Source: a virus
Taxonomy: Duplodnaviria > Heunggongvirae > Uroviricota > Caudoviricetes
Length of the DNA: 38,208 nt
Strand: one strand, 5' to 3'
IMG/VR virus record: IMGVR_UViG_3300029705_000040
Coordinates: 1 to 38,208 of that record
In this document: positions 28,650-36,687 of the stretch, piece by piece
Layout of the letters: each line of letters begins with the position of its first letter
How positions within the stretch are numbered: the stretch's first letter is position 1
The notes under the pieces: generated by a model
What the model saw: only the letters and a program-made list of their open reading frames with translations
Told to the model about the DNA's origin: nothing
The model's database searches: none
Made by a program: the position numbers and the translations under genes

Positions 28650-31010
28650 ATGGCTGGAAATAATGTAATACAGATACTCAGGGGTACTAGAGATGAGATC
28701 GCTTCTAACAAAAATAAAGATGTGATGCTCAACGAAGGTTAGCTTCTTTATAATCTTACAGATAATTATCTTACCTGTGGTGGTGAAAATGGTAGTAAGT
28801 TAACTAGCCTACCAGTAACTACTAGAAGTATGTCAGGTCATTATGATGATTAGATAATGGGAATATTGCCATCTAATTGCCTTGATGGATCTGTTGATAA
28901 ATACAGAGTGGGCCCAGTAGTAACACCAACTAGAGTAGAGTATGATGAGAATGGCGATCCTATAAAAACTTATTATGACTCAAAATTTGAAATAGATTCT
29001 GCTTTAGGATCAAAAATTATCTTAGGCTCAGATTTTATTAAGTTATCTTTAAGTGATGGTAAACATGTAACACTAAATTCTTCAGGTTTTTCATCATCAA
29101 GTGGATCATCTGCTAGCTCAGTAAACGCAACAGATTTATCAGCATCTTCTGCAAATATTGGTGGAGCACTTACTTCGAGAAGCATAAGTGTTGGTGGAAC
29201 TAAGACTTATTTATCCGCTAACGGTAATGCTGTAACTTTAAGAAATGCTAAAAAGATTCTATTAGATGGTGAAAATGGTACTATAGAGCAAAAAGCAAGC
29301 AGCATAACTCAAGAAGCCATAGTATTAGATTCTAAAGTTGCTGTTATTAATTTCAATTCGCAAGTAGAGATTGGAACTACTGCTGCTAGATTAAATCTAA
29401 AATTCGCTAAACCAACTAATATAGATGGGAATATTAATTTTACTGGAAAAGTAACATCATCTTACACACCTAGAGATGAGAATGATGTAGTAAGACTTAA
29501 AGATTTAGGTGTTAATATAGATTAGTTGCAAGATTCTATCGATGGAATTGTTATTCCAGATAAATCTTCTTCATCTGCAGTAAGTGATTCTGTAGTTGTA
29601 ACTGAGTCAGATTTAGATGATCAATATTCTGTTATTATAAGTACTGCTGGTGAAAAATCAGCTTTATCAGCTACACCTAAAAATTTAGTATCTATAAATC
29701 CTAAAAATGGTAGAATGACTGCTGGTAGATATACTGTGAGCACAGCAGATCAGCAAGTTGAAAGAGATAATGCACACGGTATAAATTTAAATAACTCTGA
29801 TGCAATAAACGCTCATGCTATACACTTTAATAACACTGGAAATTATGGTTTAACATTCTCTAGTAAGAATGATCGCTTTTATGTAGATAGAGGCACTGCT
29901 TTTATCTAGACTAAAAATGATAAAAATGAAACTATAACTAAAACACTTCTTACTCAAGAAGGTGGTGATATAACAACCCTTAATATATAGAATGATTTTA
30001 CCGTTGGCGGTAAATTGACTGTTAATGGAAGCTTTCAACCAAATAAACTAGTTATAGCTGGTGCTAATTAGCATGTGCGTGATGGTGCTAAATCTTATGG
30101 TTTCTATGCAAATAATTCTGATATTGATGGTGTATATAATATAAGGTTTGAGACACATGCAGATAACCCAGATCAAGGTATCTTATTCTAGAATCGTGAT
30201 TTTGATAATCAATATTATAGATTAGCAGCTGAGACATCAAATACAGGACCTAAGTTATATTTAAGTACTGTAAAGTATGATGAAAGTGGTAAAAAAGTTA
30301 TTGGTGTTGGAACTAATGATTCTCATGTAAAATACGAAGTTATAACATCTAAAGGTGGATAGACTATAGGTGATGGAACTACCACAAACAATCTTTAGAT
30401 GTTTACAGTAAACGGTCACCAAACAGTAACAAAGACCTTAACAGCAAACAAAGCTTCTTTAACAGATTTATCTGTTAGCGGCGGTGCTGTAAGCATTAAG
30501 AATAAAAGCAATAAAACAGGTGAAATAGTCTTAACAGATGGAAGTGTTACTGCTAAAACTATAACTGCTACTGATACTATAAAATCTAATAAAAATATAA
30601 TAGCCAGCGGTGATATTACAGGTAACGTATTGCAGACTAGTGGTTCTCATAATGTAGTTATCGATGGTAATACAGGTAATATTTCCGGTGCTTATCTAGA
30701 TGGTACAGCAAATTATGCTAAACACTTAGCGCCTGGAGCCGTTAAATTAGGCCTTCTTCCTGAAGGCACCTATACAGGTAACGATCCAAACACTTTGTAT
30801 ATTTTAGTATGTAAATCTAGCGATGGCAAATCGAATTGCACATTTAAGTCTAAGTATGCTTATGATTATTGCTATATAAGAATATCTTCCGATGATGATC
30901 ACAACAAAGAGGACGCTGGAAGCATGAGTGCTGGAACTGAGTTAAAAATACATAATGATACAAATGATGATTGGATACATACTTGGTTGTATGTATACAC
31001 TAAAAATTAA
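28650..31010 (+). CDS. Tail fibre / receptor-binding protein (786 aa) with Mtd_N-like N-terminus; one gene with 9 in-frame TAG
   Basis: GAGGA RBS, ATG 28650; TAG at 28740, 28851, 29523, 29907, 29988, 30069, 30189, 30360, 30396; joins track fragments 28857, 29526 and 30399 in one frame; IQILRG...EG-LLYNLT N-terminus; beta-helix-like body; DVVRLKDL motif. Confidence 0.85.
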
Positions 31011-31047
31011 AAAAAAAATAAAAATTTATATATAGGAGTAAAAATCT

Positions 31048-32387
31048 ATGAGTAATAACAAATCTATTTAGTTACTCAGGGGCTCAGATACTAGTATCAA
31101 AGCCTCAACAGACACTTTGCTCCCCGGTCAACCTCTCTACAACTTGACTACAAAAGAGTTTTACGTAGGGGGGGGGGCAACACCACTATTAAAAGTCTTA
31201 CAGGTATAACAGCCAATAAGACAAAAAATGCTCTAACATTTAGCTCGGCAGGCTCTGGAGCATCTAGTGGAACAACTTTTGATGGAAGCACAGCAAGAAC
31301 TATAAGTTACAACACAATTGGTGCTGCTGCAGCTTCTGATGTGCAATATGCTATAAATAAAGATAATTATTTGGTAATCTATACAAATAAAAATTCTCAA
31401 TCAACTAGCAATATCGTTTATACTAATTATCCAGTATACACAATTACTTTTAACGCTGGGAGTAATGGTACCTGCTCAACATCAAGCAAATAGACTGTTT
31501 TAGGTTATTTATCAAGCACACCTAGTGTAACAGCTAATTCTGGTTATACATTTAAGGGTTGGTATACATCAAGCAGCGGTGGTACTCAAGTAACTACTAG
31601 CTATAAGTTTACAGGTAATGCAACTGTTTATGCTCAGTATACAGCAGCATCTACAACAACATATAAAGCTACATTCTATACAGATGGTGGATCTGTTTCA
31701 CCTAGTTATGTATCAGCTAATTCTAGCAACTATTTAGATGCTTCTACCTTACCTATACCAACAAAATCTGGTTATGCGTTTGGTGGTTGGTACCTTGATG
31801 CTTCTTATTATAACCAATTTACTTCTAGAACATTAACTAGCGATATAACTCTATATGCGTACTGGATTGATTCTAGCAGTTACGATTGGTTTGGTCCAGT
31901 AAATCCTTCTGGTGGATTTGTAGCGTTGAGAAAACCTATAGATGCGTCCGATGATTATTATGCGTTCGCACCAGTTTTAAATGATGAGTATGATAGTCCA
32001 GCTAACTACATAGCATATGGTCAGTGGCAAGAAGAAAATCAACAGCTATATTTTAATCCGGAAGATGCATTTACTGATGCAGATACATGGTCTGGTGAAA
32101 TCTATATCGGTGTTCAGAGTGAACAAGGTATCTTCATACCTGCAAATTGTGTTAACAGTTCATGCCTTCCAGATACTAACTATAATTTAAATGATGGAAA
32201 TACTAATTATGACAATGGTTGGGCTACCCTTGAGTTTGAACATCTTCCTGGTGTTATTTGTCCAGCAGATGAGGGTATTGCTGAAATTACAGGTGTTGCC
32301 GCTACTACAATTGTTATAGATAGAAATTCTATGTGTGCTGGCGATTGCGGCGGTGATGGTAGTGAAATATGGCACGATATATCTTAA
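31048..32387 (+). CDS. Tail fibre/adhesin with Mtd_N-like N-terminus and two Listeria-Bacteroides (InlB B-type) repeats; frameshifted at a G10 tract (446 aa if G11)
   Basis: AGGAG RBS, ATG 31048; TAG at 31069 and 31491; GYTFKGWYT...TVYAQY and GYAFGGWY...TLYAYW repeats; with G10 (31168-77) the start frame stops at TAA about 30 nt downstream. Confidence 0.8.
31168..31177 (+). repeat. Poly-G tract (G10) in the coding sequence
   Basis: GTA GGGGGGGGGG CAAC in an AT-rich genome. Confidence 0.9.
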
Positions 32388-32397
32388 TTTAATTTAT

Positions 32398-32427
32398 AAA
32401 GACTTTAGATTTATTTCTAAAGTCTTT
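32398..32427 (+). terminator. Intrinsic terminator after the fibre genes
   Basis: AAAGACTTTAGA-6 nt-TCTAAAGTCTTT followed by T-rich run. Confidence 0.85.
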
Positions 32428-32436
32428 TCTTTTTAG

Positions 32437-32465
32437 TTGATTTATAAATGAAAATATTATATAAT
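32437..32465 (+). promoter_or_regulatory. Phage promoter AG-TTGATT-N17-TATAAT
   Basis: Exact 17-nt spacer. Confidence 0.85.
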
Positions 32466-32528
32466 TATAATGTAGATAAGAAATCTAATCTCATTTATAC
32501 ATAACTAAATATAAGTGAGGTATTTATA

Positions 32529-32771
32529 ATGGAACAAATTAACCCTAAGTATGAGATTGGAACAAAAATTATCTACAAACAAAAGAAATATGCTATTGCT
32601 GATCATGTATATTATAAAAGTAATGATACATGGTACTATTGGTTGAGAGGTGTTATCAAAAAATCTAGACTAGGAATACCCGAATGGATTTATATAAATG
32701 ACGCTAAACAAATTTTAATAAATAGGATTGATTCTGATACTTCTATTAAAATAATTTCAGAAACAGCATAA
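32529..32771 (+). CDS. Hypothetical protein
   Basis: 80 aa; GAGG RBS. Confidence 0.7.
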   Translation: MEQINPKYEIGTKIIYKQKKYAIADHVYYKSNDTWYYWLRGVIKKSRLGIPEWIYINDAKQILINRIDSDTSIKIISETA

Positions 32772-32777
32772 AATTAG

Positions 32778-32806
32778 TTGATTTATTAATTAATTTATTA
32801 TATAAT
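32778..32806 (+). promoter_or_regulatory. Phage promoter AG-TTGATT-N17-TATAAT
   Basis: Exact 17-nt spacer. Confidence 0.85.
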
Positions 32807-32838
32807 ATAAGTGTAGATTAAAGATGGAGTGATAGTAT

Positions 32839-33027
32839 ATGGAAAAGCTTGATCATTTCGAACTTATGTTAGTAAAAGGTTGTGTAGTATCTGAAATCAG
32901 ACAGCTCGAAGAATTAAATGCTGAAATTGATAGCAAAAAATCACCATCAACTATAGATTTAGTTAACTATGCTTATAATAAAGAATATATTGAAAAATAT
33001 CAAAAAATTATTCAAAAATTAAGTTAA
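32839..33027 (+). CDS. Hypothetical protein
   Basis: 62 aa; GGAG RBS. Confidence 0.7.
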   Translation: MEKLDHFELMLVKGCVVSEIRQLEELNAEIDSKKSPSTIDLVNYAYNKEYIEKYQKIIQKLS

Positions 33028-33033
33028 AAACAG

Positions 33034-33062
33034 TTGATTAAATAATCAAAATATTATATAAT
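33034..33062 (+). promoter_or_regulatory. Phage promoter AG-TTGATT-N17-TATAAT upstream of the ncRNA/tRNA block
   Basis: Exact 17-nt spacer. Confidence 0.85.
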
Positions 33063-33097
33063 ATATAATGTAAATAGAAGTTATAGAGGTCATTGAT

Positions 33098-33268
33098 ATG
33101 GATAAAAAGCAAATGTTAAAAGACGGTTTGAAAAAGAAAACAGTGTATTTACTTGTTGGAAAAGATATCAATGGAAAAGAGCATTTCACAGTAATAGAAG
33201 ATTTAGAAATGGCTAAGCTTTATAAAACTAGTGAAAATGTTCGACCTATAACGATGTTTATGAAATAA
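33098..33268 (+). CDS. Small hypothetical protein (56 aa, not in ORF track)
   Basis: GAGG RBS; MDKKQMLKDGL...ITMFMK. Confidence 0.65.
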   Translation: MDKKQMLKDGLKKKTVYLLVGKDINGKEHFTVIEDLEMAKLYKTSENVRPITMFMK

Positions 33269-33274
33269 GCTAAA

Positions 33275-34325
33275 TAAACGGTGCCACGAAGCCAAAGCGT
33301 TCGCGATATAGATGTTATTAAATCTCTCAAAAACGGATCTGGGAAGAAAGCAGCTGTGGTAAATGGAATGAGATAAACAGCCGTTATTAAAACTCAAATA
33401 TAATCAATGACGCCTCGGAAAGACGAGCATTAACTGGTTGGGTAGTTAGGTCATCATCTCTCAACTTGAAATGACCAGATTTGTTTATATTTGAGTAACA
33501 ATTTAATTGAACACTGTAGTTTAACAGCAGCAAGTCGTAAACACCTCATCTAGAAAGGGGAGAAGTGGTTTCGGTAGATGGTAAGTGCAATTCACCACTA
33601 GTTAGTTCAATTAACAATAAAAACCTAGGTATTCAAAACGTAGAGTAAAATCCGCGTGGAGGAAGGTCAGACATTTCTAATTCAAGTGCACAAAGGATTA
33701 GAAGTGAGTTGTTGTCAGGACATTTAGTTATTAGTCCTATCCGTATGAGACAATGAGGTTATCCCCGAAGGATAACTGACGGTGAAAAAGTTGAGTAGAC
33801 CTTTAATCGAAAGATGAAATAACTGCTTATATATAATATTGTACTGAAGTTCACAAATCGATTCTCAGCAAAATGTGTATCTGAAAGATGGTAAATTGTG
33901 ATAGTACACTACTTCGGCGAGTACAATATTTTGGTGCGGAATAAAGAGTTGATTTACATGTCCGCGAAAGTCAACCACCTTTAGAAATTAGTCGTGTAAG
34001 GCATTATACGGCGCGTAGTAATTATTGATGTGGTAGGTCCGTTGAAAGATTACGGCACCCATCAAGCGGGGCGTGTATGAATGATATAGTCGCTAAGCCC
34101 CGCGGCGACATAATTAATGTAACGGTCAATAAATACTAATTGTTAACCGTGGTTAGTTGCAGAGAGGATAGATGCTCAGTGGAATAGTTGTGAAATATCA
34201 ATTCTACCTCTTCAGAGTTTAATTAAGGACTGACGTTACTTTTGGAAACGACACAAAGGCGTACAGACTAAACCAACGAGAAGGGTTTATCCGTAACTGG
34301 ACAACACGTTAGAAATTGTCCGTAT
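33275..34325 (+). ncRNA. Candidate large ornate ncRNA (GOLLD/ROOL-like); boundaries approximate
   Basis: About 1 kb with no plausible ORF and higher GC; perfect long-range stems 33392-402/33486-96, 33503-12/33605-14, 33835-45/33920-30; GAAA-capped hairpins; abuts the tRNA array. Confidence 0.65.
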
Positions 34326-34329
34326 ATAC

Positions 34330-34405
34330 TCCAGGGTGTTAGCAATGGTAGCTGGCGAGGTTCATACCCTCGAGGTTGTGAGTTCGAGTCTCACCCCTGG
34401 GCCCA
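34330..34405 (+). tRNA. tRNA with CAU anticodon (Met or Ile2), atypical C73
   Basis: CGAGG-TT CAT AC-CCTCG; T arm GTGAG-TTCGAGT-CTCAC; encoded CCA. Confidence 0.8.
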
Positions 34406-34408
34406 AAT

Positions 34409-34486
34409 CACTTACTCGACTAACTGGTAAGTCGTCCGCTTGAGCGCTGCGGAGGTTAGAGGGTTCAAGTCCCCTGTAAGTGGCCA
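34409..34486 (+). tRNA. tRNA-like gene with 9-nt anticodon loop (TTGAGCGCT); identity unassigned
   Basis: Acceptor CACTTAC/GTAAGTG, G73, CCA; D stem GACT/AGTC; stem TCCGC/GCGGA. Confidence 0.7.
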
Positions 34487-34655
34487 TTTAAGGTAAGGCC
34501 TTCTCTAACAGGTAGACTTTAAATTAGTTAGAGTCAAGCGTTTCTCGATATCGTATAAAGAATCGAGCTTTAATTTGTTATCTTAATACGCTTGTTGGTT
34601 CGTATTTATTTAACTTAATCTATGTATTGTTTAACTGGATAATACATAGATACAT

Positions 34656-34738
34656 GGGTAGCATGGCGAAATCTAGAAGACGCGAGGGTCGCTCCCTTAC
34701 CGAAAGGTGTGTAGGTGCAAGTCCTGCTGTGCCCACCA
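34656..34738 (+). tRNA. Leu-type class II tRNA-like gene with 5-nt anticodon loop (TCGCT)
   Basis: GCG/CGC D stem, GAGGG/CCCTT stem, variable arm ACC-GAAA-GGT, T loop TGCAAGT, A73-CCA; bulged G in the acceptor stem. Confidence 0.65.
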
Positions 34739-34803
34739 TCAGATTTATAATCTGAAACCTCTTTTTATTTACACATTAATGGTAGTATTTTCTACCATTA
34801 TAT

Positions 34804-34873
34804 CTATGGATAGTCTAGCGGATAAGACGCTGGTTAAGAGCCAGTATCGCAGGTTCGAATCCTGCTCTATAGC
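34804..34873 (+). tRNA. tRNA-like gene with shortened anticodon arm (loop TAAGA), C73, no CCA
   Basis: Acceptor CTATGGA/TCTATAG; D stem GTCT/AGAC; T arm GCAGG-TTCGAAT-CCTGC. Confidence 0.65.
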
Positions 34874-35151
34874 ACGCTTATAACAGGTTGTAAAGGCCTA
34901 ACAACTTTAGAGGTAAGATGGCTGATTGAAAAAGATCAGCATACGTATCCTGAGTGCCCTTCGATTCGGTTCGACTCCAAACATTCGCATCGGAATAGCG
35001 AGAGGGTAGGTCACGAGAGTCGTAAGATAGTTCGAGTCTATCCCTCAAGTTTATCTTTTTACAATTACTAAATATGTGCTAAAATTATTGTATAATATAT
35101 TATATGATATAAGGAAACATATTTATGAGTGAGAAAAAAGATTAGAAATTA

Positions 35152-36006
35152 TTGAAAAAATATCTTCTTAAAAATGTTGAAAATGGATATGTACCATCAC
35201 CGGAAGATACTAGAGACTACACAATTAAAAATGTTGCTTTAGAAGAAACAGATGAAATACCTGAAACTTACATAAAGAAGGGTATGAAAGTACTTAGTCA
35301 AGGTAATGTTGGAAGTTGCGTTGCTCATGCTTGTGCCACTGCTATGGGGTATGGTGAGTTAGCTGGTGGTTTTGAAACTGCTCATGATTTCAGTAGAGGT
35401 TATATCTATGGTAATAGAGGTCCTGCTGATTCGCAAAGTGAAGGTATGTATATACGTCAAGCATTAAAACAGTTAAATAAATGTGGTGATGTTGAGTATA
35501 TAGATTTTCCGCTAAATGCTAAATATCCAGTAGTTAAAGCAGAAATAGAGAAGAATAAAGATGCTTTAGCTGAAAAAGCAGCTCAATTTAAAATAGTAAA
35601 TTACTTTAGATGCTATAGTGATGAGGAAGTTAAGAAGACTCTTCTAGCTCAAGGTGCCGTAGTTATAGGTATTCCTGTATATAGCTCATTTAAAGCGGAA
35701 TGTCCATTACCTGATGCTGATGATAAACGCACTGGTGGTCACGCTATGGTTGTTGTTGGTTGGGATGAAACAGGCTGGATTATACAAAATAGTTGGTCTA
35801 GCAGTTGGGGTAAGCAAGGATTTATGCATTTACCATACGATTATCCTATTGATGAGTTATGGGGAATAACAGTCAATAAAAATGTTCCACAACCTGAACA
35901 AAAATCAGCTACAGATAGAATTGTTGCTTTCCTCGCTTTCTATATTAAGTATCTATTAAGAGAAATTAAAAGATTTTTTTTACAAAAAATAAGTAAAAAT
36001 AGTTGA
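35152..36006 (+). CDS. Papain-like (C1A) cysteine peptidase
   Basis: SQGNVGSCVAHA (Gln/Cys), GGHAMVVVG (His), IQNSW (Asn), WGKQG. Confidence 0.88.
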   Translation: MKKYLLKNVENGYVPSPEDTRDYTIKNVALEETDEIPETYIKKGMKVLSQGNVGSCVAHACATAMGYGELAGGFETAHDFSRGYIYGNRGPADSQSEGMYIRQALKQLNKCGDVEYIDFPLNAKYPVVKAEIEKNKDALAEKAAQFKIVNYFRCYSDEEVKKTLLAQGAVVIGIPVYSSFKAECPLPDADDKRTGGHAMVVVGWDETGWIIQNSWSSSWGKQGFMHLPYDYPIDELWGITVNKNVPQPEQKSATDRIVAFLAFYIKYLLREIKRFFLQKISKNS

Positions 36007-36031
36007 TCTTTTGTATTAAATAATATATAAT
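36003..36031 (+). promoter_or_regulatory. Phage promoter AG-TTGATC-N17-TATAAT driving the second RNA block
   Basis: -35 overlaps the peptidase TGA stop. Confidence 0.85.
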
Positions 36032-36148
36032 ATAAATGTAAATTAAATATTTGAGTAGTGAGTATAAAGCTTTATTAAATAAGCTACACGTACAAATATG
36101 CTTACTAGTAGGTCCGTACAACCGAAAAAGCATATGTAGCAGGAATTA

Positions 36149-36221
36149 GGTGATCTGGTGTAATCAGGCAGCATGCTGGGCGGGACGCCCGGAGGAGCCG
36201 TTCAAATCGTGCAAGTCGCTG
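36149..36221 (+). tRNA. Degenerate tRNA-like gene (loop CGGGACG, no U33)
   Basis: Stem CTGGG/CCCGG, T loop TTCAAAT, imperfect acceptor stem, no CCA. Confidence 0.45.
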
Positions 36222-36393
36222 AATAAAAAGAGAAATTCCTTAAAATTGTTTAATAAGAAAAATATGCGTAAAATATTAATAGCAAGATAGTCACTTAAAA
36301 TTTAGATAATAGCAAGACTGTGAGTAATATGATGTACACATAAATCTCACCGCATATCCTAAAGATGAAAGTTCTTTAGCTCAAATATTATAT

Positions 36394-36482
36394 CACTGGA
36401 GGTTCGCTATAGGTAAGCGGAGCGTGCTGTGCACGTGAGTTGGTAGTAACAACTCTTATCGGTTCGAGTCCGATTCCGGTGC
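36394..36482 (+). tRNA. Class II-shaped tRNA-like gene, possible His identity (GUG in loop, C73), no encoded G-1 or CCA
   Basis: Acceptor CACTGGA/TCCGGTG; 6-bp D stem; loop CTGTG(CA); variable arm GAGTTG/CAACTC; T arm ATCGG-TTCGAGT-CCGAT. Confidence 0.6.
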
Positions 36483-36546
36483 AAACTGATATAGCCCGAC
36501 GGGGCTTGAGATTATGTTGACGCTGTGGAATTAGACACAGATGCAT

Positions 36547-36683
36547 CGGAACCTAGCTCAACCAGGTGAGAGCCCCGGTCTTACGTAGAGAAAGGAATCA
36601 GTTAGTTCAATTCTAACCCCTACGACCATAAACCGGAAGCCCTAGCAAGGTAAATCTGAGTTCGATTCTCAGGGTTCCGACCA
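36547..36683 (+). tRNA. Interrupted tRNA carrying a 45-nt mini-tRNA insert (36584-36628) in its anticodon loop
   Basis: Perfect acceptor CGGAACC/GGTTCCG, A73-CCA; D stem GCTC/GAGC; anticodon stem CCGGT/ACCGG flanks the insert; T arm CTGAG-TTCGATT-CTCAG. Confidence 0.8.
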
Positions 36684-36687
36684 AGAT

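Noticed and set aside
28857-32387. Treating ORFs 28857, 29526, 30399 and 31926 as separate genes or pseudogene fragments
   Set aside because: They are in frame with upstream RBS/ATG starts and separated only by TAG (plus one poly-G shift), so they are explained by recoding.
28650-32387. Diversity-generating retroelement, suggested by the Mtd_N-like domains
   Set aside because: No reverse transcriptase and no template/variable repeat pair with A-specific mismatches were seen in the window.
908-33397. All minus-strand ORFs in the track (for example 908, 1821, 4228, 15137, 22508, 27237, 33203)
   Set aside because: They are antisense shadows of well-supported + strand genes or tRNAs, with no RBS or recognisable motifs. 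All promoters and terminators point to the + strand.
33275-34325. tmRNA, RNase P RNA, rRNA fragment or CRISPR array
   Set aside because: No tRNA-Ala-like GGGG...CCACCA ends or tag ORF, no recognisable RNase P or rRNA conserved motifs, and no regularly spaced direct repeats. This was a by-eye check and needs cmscan.
36394-36482. Selenocysteine tRNA, suggested by the 6-bp D stem and long variable arm
   Set aside because: No UCA anticodon and an ordinary 7/5 acceptor-T geometry.
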